Source of the DNA: a virus
Length of the DNA: 64,000 bases
Virus record (IMG/VR): IMGVR_UViG_3300009506_000001
Coordinates: 64,001 to 128,000 of that record
Strand: one strand, 5' to 3'
This document shows positions 38,994-46,979 of this stretch, one piece after another (the stretch's first letter is position 1; each line of letters begins with the position of its first letter). Below the pieces are notes generated by a model that did not search any database, was not told the origin of the DNA, and was given only the letters and a program-made list of their open reading frames with translations. The translations under genes and the position numbers were made by a program.

Positions 38994-40042
38994 CTGATTT
39001 CACGTATAGGAGGATACGTTGAATCAATAACGGTATCGAACGCAAACAGCTCACGACCCGAAACAAATAGGGACAATTCTGCGTTGGCAGCAGTAATCTT
39101 ACTTGCATCAATGACTTGGTTTTTAACCTTATCAATGTTCGTGTATGGGTCTAGTCCAAGAAGCACATACACTTCTCGAGCTCCAAGACCCCTTGGTCCT
39201 GGTGGAGTGCCTGTGCTGTCGGTGTCAAGGGAACTAAAGTAGAACGATGAACCATCAGGTAGGGTTCCATCGGTCATTTCAGGTATGAGTGCATCGAACG
39301 TTCGAACCTTGTATCGCTTACCCTGAATGAGAATGGTTCCATAATCATCCCAAGGCGAATCAACGCTCGGTAGTGTTCCAATGTTGTATGTCTGGACAAG
39401 GCTGGTTAATCCATCCGGAGACTTATAGGTAATGTCCAGCGATATGCTGTTAGGTTCAGGGATAACATCGTTGAGAGTTGCAACTGTAAGAAGCGTCCCT
39501 GTCGCAGTTAGCTGGAACTGCTCGGCAGCTGTTGTAGTTGTTGTTTCAACAACACCGGTCGATGTTGATCGGGCAATCATCTGTGCTAGACCGGACTGTG
39601 GGTCTGGGAAATGAATGATCAGGTTGTTTGCATCAACAATCTCAATGGTGAAATTTGTAGTTTCAATCTGAGTCTGAGCTTCCGTTGTGCCACGCAGTGC
39701 ACATGAGACGGTGTTGTCCGTATCAACAGATGTTGCAGCTGTGCTATTAATGAGCACCTGAACCGAAGGCACAACGCCCATGTTGTGATTGACAAACCAA
39801 TCTGTAGCAGCCACAGATTGTGTGTGGTTGTAGAGAGCACGCCGGGCTGAGTAGTCAGTCAGCCCGGGAACCCGTGCTGGTAAATCTCCACGAAGGTAGT
39901 CCTGTTTCCGGCCAATGCGATACAATTCACCACGACAGCCTTCTGTGATGGTGCAACGTTGCACTACCTCAAGGCCATACTTGTTTTCAGGAATTTCAAT
40001 TTCCCTTTTACATACGGTGCATTTGTAGTCAATGACAGCCAT
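38990..40042 (-). CDS. Hypothetical protein: N-terminal Zn ribbon plus the HxL/M-G beta module found in tail proteins
   Basis: CTVC...C....C at the N-terminus; TDWFVNHNMGVVPSVQV module. Confidence 0.55.
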   Translation of the reverse strand: MAVIDYKCTVCKREIEIPENKYGLEVVQRCTITEGCRGELYRIGRKQDYLRGDLPARVPGLTDYSARRALYNHTQSVAATDWFVNHNMGVVPSVQVLINSTAATSVDTDNTVSCALRGTTEAQTQIETTNFTIEIVDANNLIIHFPDPQSGLAQMIARSTSTGVVETTTTTAAEQFQLTATGTLLTVATLNDVIPEPNSISLDITYKSPDGLTSLVQTYNIGTLPSVDSPWDDYGTILIQGKRYKVRTFDALIPEMTDGTLPDGSSFYFSSLDTDSTGTPPGPRGLGAREVYVLLGLDPYTNIDKVKNQVIDASKITAANAELSLFVSGRELFAFDTVIDSTYPPIREIS

Positions 40043-40051
40043 TAAATATCC

Positions 40052-40339
40052 TTATTTGGCTAGAGCAATACTTGTGGTCTGCTCCAGATATGGCTTTTCA
40101 GCGTCTGTGGAAGGTTCCATTGGATCAACAGCAAGTGCAGCCTTACGAATGGTGATGTCACCATCAATGTTTGTTGCTAGGAATGGGGCCATTGCCATGC
40201 CCATCTGTTGTGGACCAGTCTGGACCATCTGGATGGCTCGGACCTTGGATAGTGTGAGGGTAAACTCATCGTCGCTCTCGATACGACCAATGATTTCTTC
40301 ACCGGAAAGTAGCTTCATGGAACGGATTTCTTGTGACAT
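40052..40339 (-). CDS. Small protein, possible Sm-like fold
   Basis: KLLSGEEIIGRI motif; upstream TAAATA and ggag RBS. Confidence 0.5.
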   Translation of the reverse strand: MSQEIRSMKLLSGEEIIGRIESDDEFTLTLSKVRAIQMVQTGPQQMGMAMAPFLATNIDGDITIRKAALAVDPMEPSTDAEKPYLEQTTSIALAK

Positions 40340-40360
40340 AATTATCTCCTGTTTGTATAT

Positions 40361-40618
40361 TTATATGCGGATGCCTATTGCATAAAAATCAAAAGGGAAC
40401 AAGCCAATCTGCATCCAAAGCAATGAATATTCCTTTTGATAGAAGGCGTAACCAGACCAGATGAGGTGTGTTCCTAGAAACAAACAATATGGGATTGCAC
40501 TGTGGGCAGCCATAAATGGCGACACACTAATAATACAGGCAGCCGTCAGCATCATTACGGTAGCCAAGCCCTTCAATAGACCATGTCCGTTGAATCGTTC
40601 CTTGGAAGATTGAGTCAT
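40361..40618 (-). CDS. Small membrane protein
   Basis: Three hydrophobic segments in 85 aa. Confidence 0.55.
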   Translation of the reverse strand: MTQSSKERFNGHGLLKGLATVMMLTAACIISVSPFMAAHSAIPYCLFLGTHLIWSGYAFYQKEYSLLWMQIGLFPFDFYAIGIRI

Positions 40619-40622
40619 ATTC

Positions 40623-40991
40623 TTATTCTTTTGATTTTAGTTGTTTTCTTCTTTGTTGAGCTTTTTGACGCTGTTTCGCAATACGATCAGCGTGCTGAGA
40701 ATTATCCTTTACTTCTTTGGATGAATCAACTAGCTCGCCCTCGTGGACCACAGTAACCGACTTTTTCAGAGCACGGTCAAACACTTCTTGCTCTTTTGGG
40801 GTGAGCTCTTTGGGTGGTTTTGTTCGGAGTTGGCGACGCTGCCTTGGTCGTGGAGGATGTTCCAAAAGTTTAAATATGGTCAGTGGTTTAGTAGGAAGAC
40901 CATCCCTTTCCCGCCGGGCATTTTCTCTGCGTTCTTGGCGTGTTTTGATTTTGGCTTCTTCGGTGGTTTCTACAAAAACTACTTTACTCAT
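40623..40991 (-). CDS. Basic hypothetical protein
   Basis: Arg/Lys-rich 122-aa ORF in operon. Confidence 0.55.
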   Translation of the reverse strand: MSKVVFVETTEEAKIKTRQERRENARRERDGLPTKPLTIFKLLEHPPRPRQRRQLRTKPPKELTPKEQEVFDRALKKSVTVVHEGELVDSSKEVKDNSQHADRIAKQRQKAQQRRKQLKSKE

Positions 40992-41559
40992 AATCCTTTA
41001 AATCCTGTAATAGTGTTTCGTAACTGGATGTGCTGTCCCTACGAATGGCATAGCAATATGGGATGTTGTAGAGAATAATCTCCGAACCGTGCTCGATTCC
41101 TTCGTGGAGATTTTCACGTGTGTATGTATATTTGAGGACCTGTTCCATCAGCTGGTTGTTGCCGTGAAATTGGGATAAGATCGCATCAAATGCTTCCATA
41201 TAATCGGTGCTAGAATTGGTCACTTCCAGGCTATACATAAACTCAAACCCATTGATTGGAAATATATAAAATGGTTCTTTGTCATTTGTTTCAGCTATGA
41301 ACGAAGTGGGTCCATTGGCAAACATTGCCCGTTGCCGTAAGTTTGGAATATCGTCAAACGCTTCGTTAAACGTCTTTGCAAACTGGTCTTTGCCCTTTTG
41401 TTTGCGGCGGCGCAACTTCACTTTTTGGAAATCTTCGTAGCGTGATGGAAGGTTTTTAAGCAGTGGAAGTCCTTCGGCCATTTTCAGATAGGCTGAACAC
41501 TCCGCAACGACCGGGTGTACCTTTTTGGATTTGCCGTGTAATACTTCGTCTAAATTCAT
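40984..41559 (-). CDS. Hypothetical late protein
   Basis: Likely start MNLDEVL at 41559, just downstream of a - strand TAAATA. Confidence 0.6.
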   Translation of the reverse strand: MNLDEVLHGKSKKVHPVVAECSAYLKMAEGLPLLKNLPSRYEDFQKVKLRRRKQKGKDQFAKTFNEAFDDIPNLRQRAMFANGPTSFIAETNDKEPFYIFPINGFEFMYSLEVTNSSTDYMEAFDAILSQFHGNNQLMEQVLKYTYTRENLHEGIEHGSEIILYNIPYCYAIRRDSTSSYETLLQDLKDYE

Positions 41560-41625
41560 TTGTTTGACCCTCAAAGGGTATTTATCCTTTTCATAAATAC
41601 GAAGACACCAAGGAGACTGCACTCA

Positions 41626-44175
41626 ATGAAGCATTATGGAATTGTTAACCCCGAAGGATCAATTATCATCAACCCTGTTGTTCCTTCGGGAACAAGTGAC
41701 CCTACCCAACCAGACACGGGTGAGTTATTCTTTCGGACTGATTCGAGTCGTTTGCAAGTATATGGTGGGGGATCTTGGGATAGTCTAATTCCATCAACCG
41801 AACTGTCTACTTTATACGGACCGTTGGCCGCCGACAACTCGTGGGCAGGTATTAACTCATTTCTGCAACCAGTTCTGATTAACGATCCCGTTCTTTCCAT
41901 TCTTGAAATTCGAGCAACAACAGCACCCTCGGATTCCGCATTTCAAGGTATGATTACAAAGCGGTACGATGGAACGCATCGTGGATTCTTTGGTAGCGTT
42001 CCAGGTGACGTGTCCGGATATGCTTACATTGCCACTTGGGACGACACTGGCAGCCCACAGGGTTGGAATAAAATTTTTGCGGGTTATCCAAACTCTAATG
42101 AGTTGAAGCTTGGAACGGGCAATGATTTTTACTTCAATGATATTCTTGTTGCAATGGCTGGCTCCACAAATACATTTACAGCAGCTAATACGTTTTCCAC
42201 ATCCTACGCTGTCACGGATCAAAGATTCTGGGACGGCGTTGATTCTTCTGGTGGTATTGTTATTGAGCAGGAGACCTCTAACAGCTACTCAATAGCATAC
42301 AACGACGATGGCGTCGGTAGTCTTTTTAATTCAACGTTAGCAGCTGTCAAGATTAGCTTCAACTCCTCAAATGGTTTCACTATTTCTGCACGACCACCAG
42401 CTGGTTCTCCAACGAGTGTATACACACCTGTATTTTATGCAAACCATGGATCCCAACTGCTTGCACTTGGTGCGAACCTCCAGTATGGTGGTGATAACGT
42501 TGCACTTGAGTCCCGTGCAAACTTATTCAAAGTTGGACAGACACTATATCATAACAACCCATCACTCAATTGGTTTGATACAGCAACTGTAGATCAAAAC
42601 TTTACAGCATATGTCCAAAGTGGTGTGTTCAACCTTCGTGGTATGTTGGACAGTTTTGTAACAACAGCCTTTACACCACTCAAAGTAGACTACAATGCTG
42701 ATACTCTTTACATTCAAAGTGGTGATATTACATTTAATGGTACATCTTTGCTAACAGGCGGCCTGCTGAGTAATCTTGCAGATGTTGATCTAACTGGTTC
42801 ACCTCCTCCACAGGTTGATGATATTCTCTACTATGCAGATGGTTCTCCTCCAACGTGGAAATTCAAAACACCAATCAAGAATGCATTGCTTCCTTATCAG
42901 TATACCGCAACAGCAGGACAGACAACGTTCAGTGGCACCGATGATAAAGGTATCACACTTGTGTATACACCAGGCTACTTGATGGTATTCCGGAATGGTA
43001 TCTTGCTCGATCCAGATGACTACACAGCAACAGATGGCACGAGCATTGTACTTGGTGCAGCTGCAAGCCTGAATGATACTATCAACATTGTTGGCTTTGG
43101 TACTTTTGATGTTGCCAATACTTACACGAGGACAGAGGCGGATGCAACATTTGCTCCTATTGCAAGAGCAAAACCAAACCTTATTATCAATGGTGACTTT
43201 CGTGTGTGGCAACGAGGTACATCGTTCGCAGCCGCTGTTGGTGTTTATACGGCAGACCGATGGAAGCAAGGTGGAAACCACGACGGTGCTATCACTGTCC
43301 AGAAAACTTCCACATACCTTGAAGTGGATGTAACAACCGCTGACACATCCATTGGGGCAGGACAGTACTGCCAGATGTTGTACGGCATTGAGGGATATGA
43401 TGTAGAGTTCTTGGGTTGGGGTACAGCAGACGCAAAAGATGTAACTCTTTCTTTCAAGCATGCTCACACAAAGACAGGAACATACTGTGTAAAGATTGGT
43501 AACGCTGCTGCAAATAGATCCTACATTGCAGAATACACCCAGGGTGTTGCTGACACTTGGGAAACATCCACTATTACTATTCCTGGTTGCACGGATGGTA
43601 CGTGGGAGGTAACAACCTCTGCTGGTATCTATATTGTATTCACTTACGCTGCTGGTAGCAACTATCAACTTCCTGGTAGTCCTCAACCAACCAACTCCTG
43701 GGAGGTAGGCAACTACCTCGCTTCGACTAATCAAGTAAATGCTCTGGATAGTACAAGCAACTATTTGAGATTTGATAAAGTGAAACTTGAAGAAGGTTCC
43801 ATTGCAACAGATTTTGAGCCAAGACCATTTAGTGAAGAACTCACTTTGTGTCAAAGGTACTACCAGAAATCGTACGAACAGGGAACGGCTCCTGGTAGTG
43901 TCACCGCCAATGGTGCTTGGAACTTGGCTGCGGACCGTGCTGCCTTGGTCCAATACATTAGTGAACCATTTTTGGTGATGATGAGAACAACACCAACGTT
44001 TGCTGTATATGGAACAACAGGAACAAGCAATGAGATTACGGGGGTTGATTCGGCAAGCCTTACTTTTAGCACTTTTGCTGCAACCGAAAGAGGAATCCAG
44101 AATGTTGCTGCAACTGCAGCATTTACAGCCACAGACAGATACCGCTTACATTGGACAGCAAATGCTGATTACTAA
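41626..44175 (+). CDS. Tail fibre protein
   Basis: ggag RBS before ATG 41626; GELFFRTD, LSNLADVD, YTATAGQTTF and NLIINGDFRVWQRGT fibre motifs. Confidence 0.8.
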   Translation: MKHYGIVNPEGSIIINPVVPSGTSDPTQPDTGELFFRTDSSRLQVYGGGSWDSLIPSTELSTLYGPLAADNSWAGINSFLQPVLINDPVLSILEIRATTAPSDSAFQGMITKRYDGTHRGFFGSVPGDVSGYAYIATWDDTGSPQGWNKIFAGYPNSNELKLGTGNDFYFNDILVAMAGSTNTFTAANTFSTSYAVTDQRFWDGVDSSGGIVIEQETSNSYSIAYNDDGVGSLFNSTLAAVKISFNSSNGFTISARPPAGSPTSVYTPVFYANHGSQLLALGANLQYGGDNVALESRANLFKVGQTLYHNNPSLNWFDTATVDQNFTAYVQSGVFNLRGMLDSFVTTAFTPLKVDYNADTLYIQSGDITFNGTSLLTGGLLSNLADVDLTGSPPPQVDDILYYADGSPPTWKFKTPIKNALLPYQYTATAGQTTFSGTDDKGITLVYTPGYLMVFRNGILLDPDDYTATDGTSIVLGAAASLNDTINIVGFGTFDVANTYTRTEADATFAPIARAKPNLIINGDFRVWQRGTSFAAAVGVYTADRWKQGGNHDGAITVQKTSTYLEVDVTTADTSIGAGQYCQMLYGIEGYDVEFLGWGTADAKDVTLSFKHAHTKTGTYCVKIGNAAANRSYIAEYTQGVADTWETSTITIPGCTDGTWEVTTSAGIYIVFTYAAGSNYQLPGSPQPTNSWEVGNYLASTNQVNALDSTSNYLRFDKVKLEEGSIATDFEPRPFSEELTLCQRYYQKSYEQGTAPGSVTANGAWNLAADRAALVQYISEPFLVMMRTTPTFAVYGTTGTSNEITGVDSASLTFSTFAATERGIQNVAATAAFTATDRYRLHWTANADY

Positions 44176-44187
44176 TAAGGAACAACA

Positions 44188-45303
44188 ATGAGTAAAAACC
44201 AAGAAGCTGCAGAAAGAGCATATAAAGAAACCTCAAATCCAAATATCATTATCAATGGCGATATGCGTGTTGCTCAACGAGGCACATCCTTTCCAGCAAT
44301 AACAAGTACGTATCACCTTGACCGCTGGACCTATGGAGCAAATAGTGATGCAGTTGTAACTATTAGCCAGGGGACAAATACTCCTGGTGGTTCACCACAG
44401 AATCTTTGTCCCTTTACCAAATACCTTGAATTGGATGTTACAACAGCGGATGGATCATTGTCAGCAGCACAATACAGCCACATATTGTATAATGTAGAAG
44501 GAAACGACGCTGAAATCCTCGCTATGGGTTCCTCCCTCGCTAAAGAGTTTACGATATCGTTCTGGCACGCCCATACGAAGACAGGTACACAATCAATAGC
44601 AGTCCGCAATAATGGTGGGTCACGGTCGTATGTTGCAGAGTACACACAGTCGGTAGCAGATACTTGGGAATATACGGAGATAACAATTCCTGGAGATACA
44701 TCTGGCGCTTGGACAACTGGAACAACTCTTGGATTGAGTCTTATTTTTACTCCTGGCACTAGTAGCACATATGCTGGAACTCCTGGTTTGTGGTTGAGTG
44801 GCAACTACATTGGATCTACCGGTCAAGTAAACAATCTGGATAGCACTAGTAACTTTTTCCGCATCACAGGTGTCAAGCTGGAAGTTGGGGGGTATGCCAC
44901 ACCTTGGGCACATCGTCCTTTTGCAGAGGAGTTGGCGTTGTGTCGTCGTTATTTTCAAACAAGCGACGCATACGGCACTGTGCCTTCAAATGGCGGACAG
45001 AATACAGTACAAAATGCCACTGTCGCTTACACAACTGTAGCAGGTCGGTGCCTAATAGTCCTACCAGTTGAGATGCGTACAAATCCAACAATGACTTACT
45101 ACCATCCCTTGAACGGATATTCGGGGTCTCCTGGGCAGGATGGTCATTGGCAGTATTATAACTCTGGTTACAATGATACAACCTCTGCCGTATCAACAGC
45201 AACAGGCAACACAAAGGTGATTTCGGTACAAATGCCTGGGTCTTACACAGTCAATGACAGTATGCTGACTATTGGCTCTTGGTCAGCATCCGCTGAACTA
45301 TAA
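44188..45303 (+). CDS. Tail fibre / receptor-binding protein, paralog of the upstream fibre C-terminus
   Basis: NIIINGDMRVAQRGT...HAHTKTGT...RSYVAEYTQ...EELALCRRYFQ aligns to the upstream gene. Confidence 0.8.
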   Translation: MSKNQEAAERAYKETSNPNIIINGDMRVAQRGTSFPAITSTYHLDRWTYGANSDAVVTISQGTNTPGGSPQNLCPFTKYLELDVTTADGSLSAAQYSHILYNVEGNDAEILAMGSSLAKEFTISFWHAHTKTGTQSIAVRNNGGSRSYVAEYTQSVADTWEYTEITIPGDTSGAWTTGTTLGLSLIFTPGTSSTYAGTPGLWLSGNYIGSTGQVNNLDSTSNFFRITGVKLEVGGYATPWAHRPFAEELALCRRYFQTSDAYGTVPSNGGQNTVQNATVAYTTVAGRCLIVLPVEMRTNPTMTYYHPLNGYSGSPGQDGHWQYYNSGYNDTTSAVSTATGNTKVISVQMPGSYTVNDSMLTIGSWSASAEL

Positions 45304-45311
45304 GGAACATC

Positions 45312-45334
45312 AAAGGGGGCGATCGCCCCCTTTT
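45312..45334. terminator. Probable bidirectional terminator
   Basis: aaagggggc-gatc-gcccccttt perfect hairpin between convergent genes. Confidence 0.8.
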
Positions 45335-45351
45335 CGATTCCTCCGAGTAGC

Positions 45352-45606
45352 TTACTTCTCTTCAGGTTTGAAGTTCGCTACCTTCTCGATGAGCTCATTC
45401 GCAGTTGTAATCAACTTTGGTGCGAAGTATTTGGGACCACGACGAATGTCGTCGATCAGGTACATGAACTCTACCTGAAAATCATAAAGGTCGGTGCCCT
45501 TCTGATTTTTGTACCCAAGATGACGACTTGCCTTGCTAAACGAGTTAGTAAGATAAGCAATCACCTGCTCGAGATTGATTTCCTTCTTCTCTTCTCTTTT
45601 GGCCAT
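45352..45606 (-). CDS. Hypothetical protein
   Basis: 84-aa ORF with ggag RBS. Confidence 0.6.
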   Translation of the reverse strand: MAKREEKKEINLEQVIAYLTNSFSKASRHLGYKNQKGTDLYDFQVEFMYLIDDIRRGPKYFAPKLITTANELIEKVANFKPEEK

Positions 45607-45668
45607 ATGATTCTCCTGACCAGAGGTTTAACACAACACCCTAATAATAGGATGCACCTACAAGTATA

Positions 45669-45887
45669 TTACTTGCCTTGCTTAGATGAGTCAACCGATG
45701 CTTCGTACAAACGATGGTTAGCAATTTCGGTGGTTAATTCATCTACAATCTCAAATGCTTTATCGAAGCACGCCGAGACGACATCTTCGTCCTTCACATG
45801 TTTGACGATTATGGGCTCGATCAATTGCTTGACGAGTAGGAACTCGAGGTATTGGCCAATGGCCTCTTTTTCAGATTCAGTAATCAT
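45669..45887 (-). CDS. Hypothetical protein
   Basis: 72-aa ORF downstream of the NDT gene. Confidence 0.5.
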   Translation of the reverse strand: MITESEKEAIGQYLEFLLVKQLIEPIIVKHVKDEDVVSACFDKAFEIVDELTTEIANHRLYEASVDSSKQGK

Positions 45888-45894
45888 GACCTAT

Positions 45895-46359
45895 TTAGTG
45901 TGGTACACTGACATCAAAAAGTGCGGACAGTGTGGCATACGCCTCCTCTAGTGTTTCTACACGGAAGGGACAAGCCTCACGCAGCATGGCGTGCTCATGG
46001 ATGTTACCTTCCTTCTCCATCACCAATACGATAGGTTTCCGTGCTGCCTGTGCCCAAGCAATTTCCATAACGGTACCAATGCTGACACGATCCGCACCCA
46101 AAAGATTAACAAGCAGGGCGTCGCAGCGGTGTGTGTCCCACGAGTCTCTGGCAAATATGCCACGCTGACACGAAAGCAGGCTTTCTGTGTATTGGTCTGC
46201 TACAGATGTCTCTTGGCGAAGGTATTGTTTGGAACGCATTGGAGAAAGACCTACCAAACCGGCAGGGGCATTTTGGACAAAATGTTCACGCCAGTCCGTA
46301 CAACCAGTATATGTTTTTCCGGTTATGGGCCCAGCTAAATAAATGAGTGCCTCGGTCAT
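45895..46359 (-). CDS. Nucleoside 2-deoxyribosyltransferase-like / nucleotide N-glycosidase
   Basis: IYLAGP, RD...CDALLV and SIGTVMEIAWA motifs; start MTEAL at 46359. Confidence 0.8.
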   Translation of the reverse strand: MTEALIYLAGPITGKTYTGCTDWREHFVQNAPAGLVGLSPMRSKQYLRQETSVADQYTESLLSCQRGIFARDSWDTHRCDALLVNLLGADRVSIGTVMEIAWAQAARKPIVLVMEKEGNIHEHAMLREACPFRVETLEEAYATLSALFDVSVPH

Positions 46360-46440
46360 AATTGTACCTTTTGATTTTGTTGTTATTCGTTGTTGAGCAG
46401 CGTACAATAAAAAACCAAGCAGGGCAACACACCATAACCC

Positions 46441-46469
46441 TTGACGGTCAGTGGGGTTTGAAATATACT
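46441..46469 (+). promoter_or_regulatory. Sigma70-like promoter TTGACG-17-TATACT
   Basis: Upstream of the dCMP deaminase and RNR genes. Confidence 0.75.
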
Positions 46470-46508
46470 GCCAAACAAACATAATAATAACTAAATAGAC
46501 CTTACCTA

Positions 46509-46952
46509 ATGAAAGAAAAATTCATCACAGCCCACATGCGTGCGGCATTCGTATATGCCGAGCTATCTTCTTGCGTTCGCAGGAAGGTTGGATGTGTCAT
46601 TGTTAAGAACGGCACCCCAATTGCGATTGGGTACAATGGCACGCCGTCGGGAGAGGACAACTGTTGCGAAACGGAAGAGAATGTGACAAAACCAAATGTA
46701 ATCCACGCCGAAGACAACGCTCTTCGCAAACTCACAAAGAGTTCCGAATCCGCAGAGGGAGCGATCATGTTTGTCACAACAGCTCCATGTGAAAGCTGTG
46801 CATCCAGGATCATCGATGCTGGTATTTCAAAGGTATATTACGTAGATCTGTATCGCAACAAAGACGGTATAGACTACCTAAACGCACGCCGTCTGGAAAC
46901 GCATCAGCTCCCAGCTGAACTCTTTCCCGACCGCTACCAACCTAACAATTAA
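46509..46952 (+). CDS. dCMP deaminase
   Basis: VGCVIV, GYNG, HAEDNA and PCESC zinc motifs. Confidence 0.93.
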   Translation: MKEKFITAHMRAAFVYAELSSCVRRKVGCVIVKNGTPIAIGYNGTPSGEDNCCETEENVTKPNVIHAEDNALRKLTKSSESAEGAIMFVTTAPCESCASRIIDAGISKVYYVDLYRNKDGIDYLNARRLETHQLPAELFPDRYQPNN

Positions 46953-46979
46953 TAATAAAAATAATAAGGAGCATTATCG

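Noticed and set aside
42799-43953. 384-aa antisense ORF (also 62248-63216 on + and other shadow ORFs)
   Set aside because: They lie opposite well-supported genes and have no recognisable motifs; likely codon-bias artefacts
43160-45303. Paralogous fibre regions as a diversity-generating retroelement TR/VR pair
   Set aside because: Divergence is extensive and not adenine-specific, both copies are intact genes, and no reverse transcriptase is in the window
4317-45303. GSP as a DNA-level repeat, insertion element or recombination site
   Set aside because: Underlying codons vary at all wobble positions and switch between TCN and AGY; the motif is always in frame
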